DNA from: Guillardia theta CCMP2712
Taxonomy: Eukaryota > Protista > Cryptophyta
DNA length: 64,000 nucleotides
Direction: 5' to 3'
NCBI RefSeq assembly: GCF_000315625.1
Contig: NW_005434569.1
Span: forward strand, 169,816-233,815
Part shown: positions 31,590 through 41,413 of the stretch, piece by piece
How the letters are laid out: each line of letters begins with the position of its first letter
Numbering within the stretch: position 1 is the first letter of the stretch
Notes under the pieces: model-generated
Told to the model about the DNA's origin: nothing
Seen by the model: only the letters and a program-made list of their open reading frames with translations
The model's database searches: none
Made by a program: the position numbers and the translations under genes

Positions 31590-32594
31590 ATGTCTTCTCG
31601 ACTATCCTCAGAGGATCTCGCAAACATGGAATCCATGCAACCAGAGAATTTCCAGATTTTCTCGCTGAACGACGAACGCAAAACCGTCGGAGGAAAATCC
31701 CTCACTGCCCTTGCTGACATGGCTTTGAGTCACAACAACTCGGCTGACGCTGCGAGTCTCCATGCCCAGTTCCCGGATGACGCCCTCAGCAACGAGTTTC
31801 ACAACAACTCGCCCTCTCCAACCGGTGAACCGGTGCCGGAGCCTGTGGACCCCAACCTGCCTGAGCATCTCAGGCCGTCAGTTCCCCCAGCCCCGGTCCA
31901 ACCCCCCAAGACAAACTATGTGCAAGTCGCAAGGGGTTTGAGGGCGGCTTCGGAAGCCCCCCAGGCTACCCCCAACCAGGAGCAGCTGCAATTCATCTTG
32001 CAGCAATCAGAGTGGTTCCAGCAGATGGTTGCCATGGCAGCAAACCAACAGTTGGCCCAGACCATGTCTGGACTGAGCAACATCCCAGGCAACAACATGT
32101 TTGTCGCACCACAACCACTTCGCGCTTTCGCGCAAGTTGTCCCGGCGACAGACGTTCCTACCACCTCGGTCGAAGCATCATCGTCTACCTCCAAGACGAA
32201 CAAGAAGAGGGCCCCTGAAGCTGCAGATCAGAAGCAGGACAACAAGAAGCAACGTGTTGCCAACCCCCACCCTGAGCTGAAGCTTAGCTTCCGCATCGTT
32301 TGGAGCCGATTTGATTTCAACATCGTCAAGCTTCGTGATTGGATTCAAAAGCATGCCAACAACTCCGCCAAGACCGCCGAAAAGAAGGCTGAGACTCTTG
32401 AGAACAAGAAGGAACAACTGGAGACACTCAAGAGGGAGATCGAAATCCTTGAGGAATCGACCAACGCTGCCATCAAGAAGGCTGAGAGCCTGAACAACGA
32501 CTTGGAAGAGACGAACAGCATCATCAACCGTCTTCCCGGCAAGAGGGACTCCGCCAAGTCAGGCCAGGCTTCCAAGGCTTCCAAGAAGAAGTAG
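31590..32594 (+). CDS. Low-complexity Pro/Gln-rich protein with basic NLS-like patches and a C-terminal coiled coil
   Basis: 334-aa ORF with KKRAP and KKQR, a heptad-rich C-terminus and TATTTAAG upstream. Confidence 0.75.
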   Translation: MSSRLSSEDLANMESMQPENFQIFSLNDERKTVGGKSLTALADMALSHNNSADAASLHAQFPDDALSNEFHNNSPSPTGEPVPEPVDPNLPEHLRPSVPPAPVQPPKTNYVQVARGLRAASEAPQATPNQEQLQFILQQSEWFQQMVAMAANQQLAQTMSGLSNIPGNNMFVAPQPLRAFAQVVPATDVPTTSVEASSSTSKTNKKRAPEAADQKQDNKKQRVANPHPELKLSFRIVWSRFDFNIVKLRDWIQKHANNSAKTAEKKAETLENKKEQLETLKREIEILEESTNAAIKKAESLNNDLEETNSIINRLPGKRDSAKSGQASKASKKK

Positions 32595-32744
32595 ATCGCT
32601 TTGCGATCTTCTGCCAGTTTCTTTGGAACAAGGGCGAGGCAATTACTCTGGTTTACTGAGATTTGCAAGAATCATAAACCGTTAATCTAACTTTACACAA
32701 CGTGTCCATGTGTGATTCAAACAGTTTATTGTGAGAAAAGACAA

Positions 32745-33950
32745 CTACGAGATAGGCATGATGTCATGCTTGCAGAGCGAGGGGAAGTGAGCCTTGCATT
32801 TAGCCACAGTGGGTTCGAGCTTGTCGTACGCCATGGAGAGCTGCACAGACTCGAAATGGCGCTCTCCAGCGTCTGGGTCCAGGAGGCGTGGGAGGTAGTC
32901 GAGGATGGGTGTGTACTCCTCGTTGCATGGGATGAGAGCAAACGCTGGGATCTTGTAGTCCCTCTCTTGTTCTCGCGCGAGCCTGTGCTCCTCTGCCAAT
33001 GCCTCGAGGCGGTTCTCCTTGGGCCAGGAAAAGAACGGCTTCTTGCCGGTGATGATCTCCATGATGACACATCCGATGCTCCATGGGATCTCGTTGGAGT
33101 TGTCAGACTCGATGCCTGCAATTTGATCCTCAGCAGCCGCCGGATCGATGTAATCCAGATCGTTGTGTTCACAGGAGGGGAGGAGGTCGTGGAGCTTGAA
33201 CTCCAGCGGGACGAGGCCGTTGTACCTTCCCCAGACCTGCACGACAAACATCTTCGGCAGGTAATACGTGGAGTACTTGGGGAAGCCGCTCTCGGCTCGC
33301 TCCAAGATGGAGTGCACCGCATCCCAGAATGCGTAGGCGTGCATCCAGAGGAAGTCAAACTGGTCCTCGTGCCACTTGCCATTGTCGAGGAGCTGCTTGA
33401 AGTTGAAGCCATCCTCAAACTCCGAGCACAGATGCACGCAGAGCGGGCTGATAGCCCAGCTGTGCAGCGTTGGGATCGCAGGGCTGATCGCAGTCTCAAA
33501 CGCCTTGAGCTCGATCTTGCGCACCCTCTCGTACTGCAGGTCGTAATCCTTCTTGTACGACCGGATGACAAACACGCGCGTCTCCGGCATCTCCTGGCGC
33601 TCCTTCTCCATCTCGTCGTCCGTGTCGTCACGAATGAGATACCGGAAGATGGCACAGGCGGTGTAGTTGTGCGACGTCTTGATCTTCCCCGCAGCACGCT
33701 CCTCCTTGCTGATCGGGAGCCAGCGCTCGGTGTCGAAGCCGTTCCTCTCGTTCTTGCGCAGGCGAACGACACGGATCGTGCTGCGAGCATCGTCGTGCAC
33801 GAGCTGCGGGGTTTCCAGCGGCATGCTATCCTGATCGAACTCAAAGGGCAGCAGGCCGGAGTAGCACTCCTTGTAGAGCTCGAGCTCGGCATCCGTGAGC
33901 TGAGCACCCCTGTCCTTGACGAGGGGTTCGATGTAGGAGAATGGGAGCAT
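32745..33950 (-). CDS. Divergent protein kinase-like protein (probable pseudokinase)
   Basis: YIDP...WSIGCVIMEIITGKKPFF and RLLDPDAGER match subdomains VIII-XI; no recognisable HRD or DFG. Confidence 0.7.
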   Translation of the reverse strand: MLPFSYIEPLVKDRGAQLTDAELELYKECYSGLLPFEFDQDSMPLETPQLVHDDARSTIRVVRLRKNERNGFDTERWLPISKEERAAGKIKTSHNYTACAIFRYLIRDDTDDEMEKERQEMPETRVFVIRSYKKDYDLQYERVRKIELKAFETAISPAIPTLHSWAISPLCVHLCSEFEDGFNFKQLLDNGKWHEDQFDFLWMHAYAFWDAVHSILERAESGFPKYSTYYLPKMFVVQVWGRYNGLVPLEFKLHDLLPSCEHNDLDYIDPAAAEDQIAGIESDNSNEIPWSIGCVIMEIITGKKPFFSWPKENRLEALAEEHRLAREQERDYKIPAFALIPCNEEYTPILDYLPRLLDPDAGERHFESVQLSMAYDKLEPTVAKCKAHFPSLCKHDIMPIS

Positions 33951-34016
33951 GGGTTTTGGGAGGGCCCCGGGACCCCCTCTCCTTTTAAACCCCCCTCCCC
34001 TGCCGTTACGGGGCGG

Positions 34017-35141
34017 TTACATGACCCTCCCCGTGAGGTCGAGTCGGATCACTGTTCGCTGCCTCCAGCGCAGCAGGTGTGGCTGCCAGGCGTCGAGCAG
34101 GTCGACGAGCGGCGGTCGCCTGGGCGTCACCAAGCCGATCTCGTTCCAACACCGGGCGAGCGCCCCACCACCGGAAGGCCATGGGTGTAGCATGAAGAGC
34201 CCGGAATCTATCATGTACCTTGCCAGGTACGCATCCCATTGCAGATGCTGCAACCCGTTCTTCTTGAGCGCCTGGAACCGCTGGAAAACCGTCAGGTCTT
34301 GGATCTCGAATTCATCAACCGCGGTGGGATCGAACTGTGCGTCCTCCTCCGTGGTGCGGGCCATCCATCTGCGGAAGGCCTTCCAGTGCTTGGGTATGGG
34401 AGCGAGTGCCTGCAGCGTTGGCATCTTGTACTTGACCGCGTTGGCGGTGACGGGAACGCTGGAGGAAACATCACCCAGCCCCAGATAATCGATCCCGCGC
34501 TCCGTGGGCCTCACAAGCGAGATCCCGAAGATCGTCGCGTCGGATCTGAAGTGAGGCAACGCGACCAGGATCCAACGGAGGTAGAAGCGGCTGACCTCGA
34601 TGTCATCCTCGAGTATCAGGAAGTAGTCGGTGGAGGAAAGCGGGGTGTACGAGCGTTGCCACATCTGCAATCTCCCCCTCGGTTCGGTCTCCTGCACGTG
34701 CTCGAGTGTCCCATGCAGCCAGCGCAGCCTGTGCAGAAGGCGTGATGTCTCCGCGCACAGCACACCGCTGCTTGGCATGTCCTGTCTCACGATCAGGTCT
34801 ATCCTCTCCCCGGGGCTGTACGTTGCCGAGGTGAGAGAGACAAGCAGCCTCTCCAGGCTCTTCGGGCGATCGCTGGTGAGAACCACAATGGTCAGTGCCG
34901 TGGGCCTTGTGCTGGGCGGATTGGATCGCGGCGCCTCCTCAGCGTCCACCTCCTCCCTCATCCTCCAACCTGGGGGCTTCCCCTGCGGCTTGGCCTGCTG
35001 CAGGAAGCTGTTGAAGTGCGCGATGAAGAAAAGGGTGCTCACAATCATCAGGCCCACTGCGAACATGACGTGATTCCTCGCATACATCCTCATCCTCACC
35101 TCCCATGCTGCGTTCATCCTACCAGTGAAAGCAAGCGCCAT
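34017..35141 (-). CDS. GT-A fold glycosyltransferase (GT2-like) with N-terminal TM
   Basis: LTIVVLTSDRPKSLERLLVSL...LILEDDIEVSRFY...GISL. Confidence 0.8.
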   Translation of the reverse strand: MALAFTGRMNAAWEVRMRMYARNHVMFAVGLMIVSTLFFIAHFNSFLQQAKPQGKPPGWRMREEVDAEEAPRSNPPSTRPTALTIVVLTSDRPKSLERLLVSLTSATYSPGERIDLIVRQDMPSSGVLCAETSRLLHRLRWLHGTLEHVQETEPRGRLQMWQRSYTPLSSTDYFLILEDDIEVSRFYLRWILVALPHFRSDATIFGISLVRPTERGIDYLGLGDVSSSVPVTANAVKYKMPTLQALAPIPKHWKAFRRWMARTTEEDAQFDPTAVDEFEIQDLTVFQRFQALKKNGLQHLQWDAYLARYMIDSGLFMLHPWPSGGGALARCWNEIGLVTPRRPPLVDLLDAWQPHLLRWRQRTVIRLDLTGRVM

Positions 35142-35265
35142 TTATGTGCTGTCGCAGCGCTGTGCATCGAATCCCCAACGCGAGGATTGGATGGAGAACT
35201 CCGAGGCGGGCCGGGAGGGGAGAAGGGCATATAAACCAGGGGAAGGGCCCGATTCCCCCCAGACC

Positions 35266-35490
35266 ATGAGCCACGCCACGAAACCCTACACTCCCTCCGA
35301 CCTCGAGCACGACGAGGAATTCTGGGAGTGCCTGAAGTGCTGCCTTGACACCGAAGAGAGCAGGCGGCAGATCCAGCTCATCCGGAATATGGCTCGATAC
35401 TGCATCGAGCACAGCGACCTCGTAGAAGTGCGAGATGAAGACGAGGATGATGCACCCATCGGTGCAAAGCGAAAGCGAGATAACCAGTGA
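35266..35490 (+). CDS. Small acidic protein with C-terminal KRKR
   Basis: TATAAA at ~35230, ATG at 35266, AATAAA right after the stop. Confidence 0.6.
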   Translation: MSHATKPYTPSDLEHDEEFWECLKCCLDTEESRRQIQLIRNMARYCIEHSDLVEVRDEDEDDAPIGAKRKRDNQ

Positions 35491-35546
35491 ATGCTTGTAA
35501 TAAAACCGCGATTTAAACATGCAACGTTGTGTGATCACACAGGCCT

Positions 35547-36922
35547 ATGCAGGAGGATGAGAGCACCTTCGCCCTCCGCTGCCCCGACACGATGCAGCTC
35601 AACCTCCGCAACCACTTGCACAGGCTCAGGCCCTGGGCTATGCCAGCCTTCCTAGATGTCAACTCGACCAAGAATTACTTCAAAGTGGCTGCGGCAGAAT
35701 GGGACGAGTTCCTCGCTGTCATGCAGCGCACGGCAATCGACGGGGCGCTGTTCCGCAAGTGCATCAAGGGATGGATCACGCAGCAATCCACACCTGGGAG
35801 ATTCATCTGTGTGGTCTGTGGCAGGCCCTCCATCGTCGACCTCTCCGCGATGCAGGTTGAAACAGAGGGGAACGGATGCGGGGTCTGCATCTGCTGCATC
35901 AACATGGGTGGCCTTACCCCGCCGGGCTTCACCGACCACGCTGTGAATAACATGTTCTTCATCCAGGCGCAGAAGGAGCTTGCCGCTCTGTATCCCAACA
36001 TGAACATATCGCTGCAGATCGACTCACAGGTGCAGGGTGCGGAGGTGGGCCACCTCTCCCGGCCTGACGCGACGCTGTTCTTCGAGTACAACTCACAGGC
36101 CACCGTGGTCTACGTCGAGTGCGACCCCGGCATGAAGCAGATCCGGCAGCAGGCCATCCGTGACAAGGATCTCCTCAAAATCCAGCAGCTCTACAAGCCC
36201 ACCACGACCACCACCCTGACGGTCATGATCCGGTACGATCCAAAGATCGACAGCAGGATCAATCACAGCAGCAACCTGTTCCGCTCTCTCTGGGAGATCA
36301 TCCACAGCATTGCAGACACCGCGTTCAACGGGCACAACTCATCGGTCGTTCGGAAGACCGGCCGCGTGTTCCTCAACTATGACTTTGGCACCTTCAATAA
36401 GTTCGGTTACCGCATGCAGGGCCTGGATGACTGCTTGTCGAATATCCTCTCACCTCTGCAACAGAACGGATACGCAGAGGCTGTCTGCAACCCCATACCG
36501 CAGTATGACGTAAAAGATATCGACCCCTGCAGCAACATCGATTTCTACAAGCACAAGCAGGTCTGGCTGCAGGTTGCCACCGACGTGCACATGAATCCGT
36601 TCTTCATCGCCTTTGCAGGATCCAACATGAGGATCGGGAGGGTGAATGGGAATTCCACACCGCCTGCAATTCACCCAATGCCACAGTGCCCGTGCGATAC
36701 CTGCACGGATTCAACTCTCTGCAGAACACCGTGCAGCTCGACCCTTTCACCATCCGGATGGGAAAAGGGCTGCTGGTGCAGGCACTCCTCGTCCAGAGGC
36801 ACGGCATACTGTCGACATACGACGCAAGGCACCTGCTCCCCACCCGCGCCAACGGGCCCAGGAAGAGGGGGGCAAGATCGAAGAGAGTCAGGAACGTTGA
36901 TGATGAAGAAGACGACGTTTAA
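35547..36922 (+). CDS. Zn-finger plus restriction-like (PD-(D/E)XK) endonuclease; probable frameshift near 36655
   Basis: CVVC...CGVCICC and RPD...VYVECD. After ~36655 the codon bias moves to the frame reading PNATVPVRYLHG...DDEEDDV*, which ends just before the convergent gene. Confidence 0.55.
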
Positions 36923-36929
36923 TTCACGT

Positions 36930-37199
36930 TCAAACGAACTGAATCTGCAAGGCATGGCAGAGTCCGATGTACATCATACTGCGTTCGTAGACGGCGAGAA
37001 ACTCCATTGGATCGTACTCGGTGTTCAGAGTGTAAAACTCGAGCAACATCCTGTTGTACTTCAAGCACTCGGCACGGATGCGGAGCCTCTCCAGGATCCT
37101 GTCGTTCTCCGGTAGGATCACATGAACCTGCAGGTACCTTGCAATCTTGTATTGGATCGCCTGGAAGCGATTGAGGTCATAGAGCATAAAGCGAAACAT
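36930..37199 (-). CDS. Hypothetical protein (89 aa)
   Basis: ATG ORF with TATTTAAG ~30 nt upstream. Confidence 0.6.
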   Translation of the reverse strand: MFRFMLYDLNRFQAIQYKIARYLQVHVILPENDRILERLRIRAECLKYNRMLLEFYTLNTEYDPMEFLAVYERSMMYIGLCHALQIQFV

Positions 37200-37341
37200 T
37201 GCACTTGCGTGGCCCCCACCGAGGTGGGCTTAAATATCACCCATTTGACTGATGAGATGCGGCCCTATAGAGTTCCCGCCAAGCCCGTCCCTCTCGAATT
37301 GAATAAATCCCACGGCCACGGGCCTCGCGGAAAAAGAACGC

Positions 37342-38178
37342 ATGGCCACCACGGCGATCGACCAATGCACGCAATCCAAGGAGCGCGTGATGAACTTCAT
37401 GCAGATGGAGAACGTCGACCATTCCATGCTGCTCCTCGCGTTGGTTCCCCAGAGCAAGCTGCAGATCTGTCCTCTGTTCGGCTTCAGCATCGAGGGCAAG
37501 ACGTATGGCATGCGCATGCATCCACTGTTCCCGGTCCTGCTGCTGGATCAGTTTGACGAAGGCATGGTCGACAAGACTTCCCGCATGGTCAAGAAGGAGT
37601 ACCACCCTATGATCCGTGAGCTGTTTGCTGAGGCCTGCAAGGAGTCGCCGCTGGTCAACTGCTGGTTCCCCTGCCCGCCCCCGATCTCGGTGTACGGCGA
37701 GGATATCCGATGCCTGTGCGTCAAGTTCTCCACCAACATCACAGACAAGGACCTCATTCAAAGACTCATGCACATGCTGATCAATGTTCTAAGCTCCTTC
37801 AAGACACCCCTCCCTCCCGCTATCTTTGTGAGGACCATGGAACTGTGTGGCAACGTAACCCTGCACACAAGCCTGCTGATGAGACAATCACAGTGCGAGG
37901 AGGTGCACAACATGCTAGTCAACCATGCTTTCAAACAGAGGGATGGCGAAACACTGAGCATATGCATGAACCCCTACATACCTTTCATCCGCACCGGCGG
38001 CAAGACGACAAGGGTCACGGACTATCTCCTGCAAACGTCATGCCAGGAGGGAGTGTCACCTGAGTGTCTTCGCAGCTTCGACTACGAGCAAGAGCGATTC
38101 CAAGACGCGGAATACATCATGCAGCTGCCTGTGGATGCGTCAGCCATGGCTCCGTACCTGAACTTCCTGCAGTTCTGA
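37342..38178 (+). CDS. Hypothetical protein (278 aa)
   Basis: Long ATG ORF with virus-like codon usage and AATAAA downstream. Confidence 0.8.
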   Translation: MATTAIDQCTQSKERVMNFMQMENVDHSMLLLALVPQSKLQICPLFGFSIEGKTYGMRMHPLFPVLLLDQFDEGMVDKTSRMVKKEYHPMIRELFAEACKESPLVNCWFPCPPPISVYGEDIRCLCVKFSTNITDKDLIQRLMHMLINVLSSFKTPLPPAIFVRTMELCGNVTLHTSLLMRQSQCEEVHNMLVNHAFKQRDGETLSICMNPYIPFIRTGGKTTRVTDYLLQTSCQEGVSPECLRSFDYEQERFQDAEYIMQLPVDASAMAPYLNFLQF

Positions 38179-38279
38179 CTTGCATTGCATCTTAAATACA
38201 CGAATAAACCGCTGATCCGATACTGTGCCCACGCGTGATCCCTCGCATAAAAACACCCCGACATCAACCGTGCAAAACC

Positions 38280-38753
38280 ATGCTCATCAGCGGCATCGCC
38301 AACCCTGCCGGGGAGACCGAGGGATACAACGGGCTGCACCTCAAGGACGGGGAGATCGACGAGATCATCAGCGGCAGGCAGATGATCGGCATCCCCGTCA
38401 AGATCGAGCACAAGGGCGTCGGTGTCGGCACCGTGGTCTCGGCATTCAAGGATGAACAGGGCAGGCTGAACTGCATACTGGACATCACCGACGATGAGAT
38501 CGAGGGCGCGATCGCACAGCAGTGGGTGCGGGACAACACGGCCAGCGAGCTCTCGCTGGGTTACACCGTCGACATCAACCAGTCCGAGCCGCAGGGCAGG
38601 CTCTCCGCGGGGAGGAAGAAGGTGCTCGAGGTCAGCCTCGTCAGGAAGGGTGCGAGGAAGGGCTGCCACATCTACAGCCACCCAGGGAAGCACCCGCCTG
38701 GCGACCCCGGGTTGATCAAAGACTGGCGCGAGGCTTTCGGCCACCCCTTCTGA
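38280..38753 (+). CDS. Capsid maturation (prohead) protease, assemblin/HK97 type
   Basis: IPVKIEH..VGVGTV (catalytic His), ELSLGY (catalytic Ser) and EVSLVRKGARKGC (cf. herpes HVALC..GRR). Confidence 0.88.
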   Translation: MLISGIANPAGETEGYNGLHLKDGEIDEIISGRQMIGIPVKIEHKGVGVGTVVSAFKDEQGRLNCILDITDDEIEGAIAQQWVRDNTASELSLGYTVDINQSEPQGRLSAGRKKVLEVSLVRKGARKGCHIYSHPGKHPPGDPGLIKDWREAFGHPF

Positions 38754-38821
38754 GGGTGCATAAAAGCAAAACCTCGCCCGGTCCCGCGCGCCCCCCATCC
38801 CCCACGCCCAGGGTCCCACGC

Positions 38822-39484
38822 ATGTCGAAATACATCGAGAGCGAGCCAGAGGAGGACGACGAGGATGACTGTCACGATTCCGAGAACGAGGAGGACAGGG
38901 CATTCATCAATGACGACGCCGAGGATGACAACGACATGTCGGTATACCGCGAGCACCAGAGCGATTGCGACGAGGACAGCACAGTGGAGCTGCGCAAGAT
39001 CACCAGCAGGATGATCCGCGGGCACCAACCCATGGAGGACGACTGGATCTCCGACGAGGAGGACGAGCCCGATGGCTACATCTACGACTTTGGGATCAAG
39101 AACCAGAAAAGCACCAAGCAGCGCGAGGATCTCCTCAGGCAGGCCGTCAAGGAGGATGAACGCGCCCTCTTCGTGAAAAGCACAAAGGAAACCACACACT
39201 CTTTCCAGAGGCCCGTGATCGAGAGGGTATCGAAACCGCTGCCTGCCAAGCCCACTGAGACAGAGCTCAAGCCCCGACAGTTCAGCTTTATCCAGGACTT
39301 AGAGGAGAGCGAGAGGAAGAAGAGACTCAAAGACAACGCGGCAAGCCTCGCAAAGACCCTCAGCAAGGAGAGGGAGAAGGTCCACCGCAGGCTCACCGCA
39401 CCGCCACGCAAGGCAGTCGTCAAGAAGCCCCTTGTCGCTGAGAAGGGGGATAAGAGCATTAAGGAGTTCTTCACTAAAATTTAA
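38822..39484 (+). CDS. Disordered protein with acidic N-terminus and basic C-terminus
   Basis: ATG after CATAAAAG; D/E tracts; ends in SIKEFF, a PIP-box-like motif. Confidence 0.7.
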   Translation: MSKYIESEPEEDDEDDCHDSENEEDRAFINDDAEDDNDMSVYREHQSDCDEDSTVELRKITSRMIRGHQPMEDDWISDEEDEPDGYIYDFGIKNQKSTKQREDLLRQAVKEDERALFVKSTKETTHSFQRPVIERVSKPLPAKPTETELKPRQFSFIQDLEESERKKRLKDNAASLAKTLSKEREKVHRRLTAPPRKAVVKKPLVAEKGDKSIKEFFTKI

Positions 39485-40439
39485 TCGGAAGCCGACCACC
39501 CACCCTGACTCCAAAGCGATGTATACGTATGTTGCTTGAGATAATCGCCCCCGCTATTTCCACACAGATCCGAAAGTCCATGTCATCCCGGATATCCCGC
39601 AGAGTCTGCAACGCATGCTGTACCACATCATCATTCAAGTCATCGCAAGATTCTAACCTGTCCAAGAGTTCACGGGGCTGAAACCCAGCATATTGTTCCA
39701 GGTTATGTCGCAATCTCTGCATCAGTACATTCTTGTGTGCTATCAGCTGTCTCTCTGTCAGGGTATTGTCGAACATGGTTTGAGCCATTTGGACGAATCT
39801 CTGGATGTTGATATACACAATCCTGCTGAATATCTTCATGCTCTGGATGACCAGAGGCTTGTTGCTCTGTACTAGGATAGAGGCCTGTCGATTGTAATCG
39901 TCGAGCAGTTCAGAGTTATAATCATGGACATATCTAAGGTTGTCTCGAGTAGACCTGAAGTGATCAGATACGCCGCTTGCATCGGATTCATCGTACAACC
40001 TCTGTAACTCATCCCTCATGCTGTGAAGACTATTATCTTGTCGATCCATGTTGACAATAACACTCATCAAGGTCACCGGAATGTATCCGATCAACATCAT
40101 AAACTGGCGGTTGCTGTGAATGATTCTTGACACACTTCGAAGCACAGAGGACATCCTCCCCCCTTCCCGTTGTTCCTCATCATGCTTGAATCTGGTCAAA
40201 ACAGAGATCACATGCGGGTCCGTGTATTCCGACGTCAAGAAAAGATGCATGCAAAAATCCGTGCTCAGATAAGGCAAACTATTTTTCTGTCGCACATCGT
40301 ACAAGCGACCGAAAAACCTTGACTTGAGGGTGTGGTATAGGCGCAACACTTCATTGCGATCGTCCTCACTCATGGCATCGAAACCATCGAACCGCTCTTC
40401 GGGTTGGGGCTCTATCACAACCTCGGCCATTTTGGCCAT
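39474..40439 (-). CDS. Hypothetical helical protein, lower GC
   Basis: Long ORF; likely start MAKMAE at 40439, downstream of TATTTAATA. Confidence 0.7.
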   Translation of the reverse strand: MAKMAEVVIEPQPEERFDGFDAMSEDDRNEVLRLYHTLKSRFFGRLYDVRQKNSLPYLSTDFCMHLFLTSEYTDPHVISVLTRFKHDEEQREGGRMSSVLRSVSRIIHSNRQFMMLIGYIPVTLMSVIVNMDRQDNSLHSMRDELQRLYDESDASGVSDHFRSTRDNLRYVHDYNSELLDDYNRQASILVQSNKPLVIQSMKIFSRIVYINIQRFVQMAQTMFDNTLTERQLIAHKNVLMQRLRHNLEQYAGFQPRELLDRLESCDDLNDDVVQHALQTLRDIRDDMDFRICVEIAGAIISSNIRIHRFGVRVGGRLPIKF

Positions 40440-40465
40440 GCCATCCTCCCTGTGTATTAAATAGG

Positions 40466-40798
40466 TTACATCTCTCGCAATCGGCTCCGCAACAAATACA
40501 GAACCTCTCCAAACCGATACTGCCTGTACGCCAACCATCTCACATACGTTATCTCTCGATCTATATCAACATTGGGTTGCTGCATGTGATCATGCGATGA
40601 TTGTATCAAAAATTTACAATTGTTCAAGAAATGTTGGGTCCTGGGGATCTCCGCCTCAATCTGTTGACGAGTGGCATTTTCAAGGAAATTCATCGCAATC
40701 GCCGTACCATCGTTCTTTGCTGCGGTTTCAATGTCTATCAATGGTCCCCCAGGGACCCTGATTGGCCAATCACTGTATCGAATCGCCATTGTGCTCAA
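40466..40798 (-). CDS. Hypothetical protein (110 aa), lower GC
   Basis: Open frame with an upstream AT box; start codon uncertain. Confidence 0.5.
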   Translation of the reverse strand: MSTMAIRYSDWPIRVPGGPLIDIETAAKNDGTAIAMNFLENATRQQIEAEIPRTQHFLNNCKFLIQSSHDHMQQPNVDIDREITYVRWLAYRQYRFGEVLYLLRSRLREM

Positions 40799-40855
40799 AA
40801 ATGATCATCTTTATCTTTAAATATTTCATTACAAGGGTAATTCTACAAGCTTTAA

Positions 40856-41287
40856 TCAATGAATCATTTCAAAGGGATCATAATTAAAGTTGAGCTTTAG
40901 AGCCTCTAGCTGTGTCTCGTACCTCTTGACCAAGAAAGGGACGATCTTCGTCTCGAGCTCCTCCACCTCATGCCTGATGTCCTCATGCCTTATAGACATA
41001 CCTATGTCTCCTTCGTGCTCGTACAACGGAGGGCTGTATTTTGTGTTTGGTGGTGGGAAGAAGGGCCTACCATCTGGATAGATCTCCCGTGTCACATTCT
41101 CGCGCTCCTGAAGATCTGCAACTCCCTTCTTGCGCTGCAAGGCGTGCTCAATCTTGGCGTTGACCCTGCTCTCGTGCTCCTGCCACATGTCAAAGTAGGT
41201 GATGGCATAGATGATGCGGTCTCGGATGTAAGTGAGATAGACTCTCTTCTCACTCGATGGCATATAGGGGTAAGCTGTACAGAACAT
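40856..41287 (-). CDS. Hypothetical protein (143 aa)
   Basis: ATG ORF with TATAAAT ~40 nt upstream. Confidence 0.7.
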   Translation of the reverse strand: MFCTAYPYMPSSEKRVYLTYIRDRIIYAITYFDMWQEHESRVNAKIEHALQRKKGVADLQERENVTREIYPDGRPFFPPPNTKYSPPLYEHEGDIGMSIRHEDIRHEVEELETKIVPFLVKRYETQLEALKLNFNYDPFEMIH

Positions 41288-41413
41288 TGCGTGCCGGGCA
41301 GGAGACAGGAAGCGGGGCTGGAAATTTATAGACTACCTCAGGGAAAAAGGCAACGTTTCGAATTGTTGCGCTCTCGGCAAGAGTTCGTGGGATGGGAACT
41401 TAGCTGCAAACCC

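Noticed and set aside
32712-34190. 492-aa plus-strand and 393-aa alternative-frame ORFs
   Set aside because: Shadows of the kinase-like gene.
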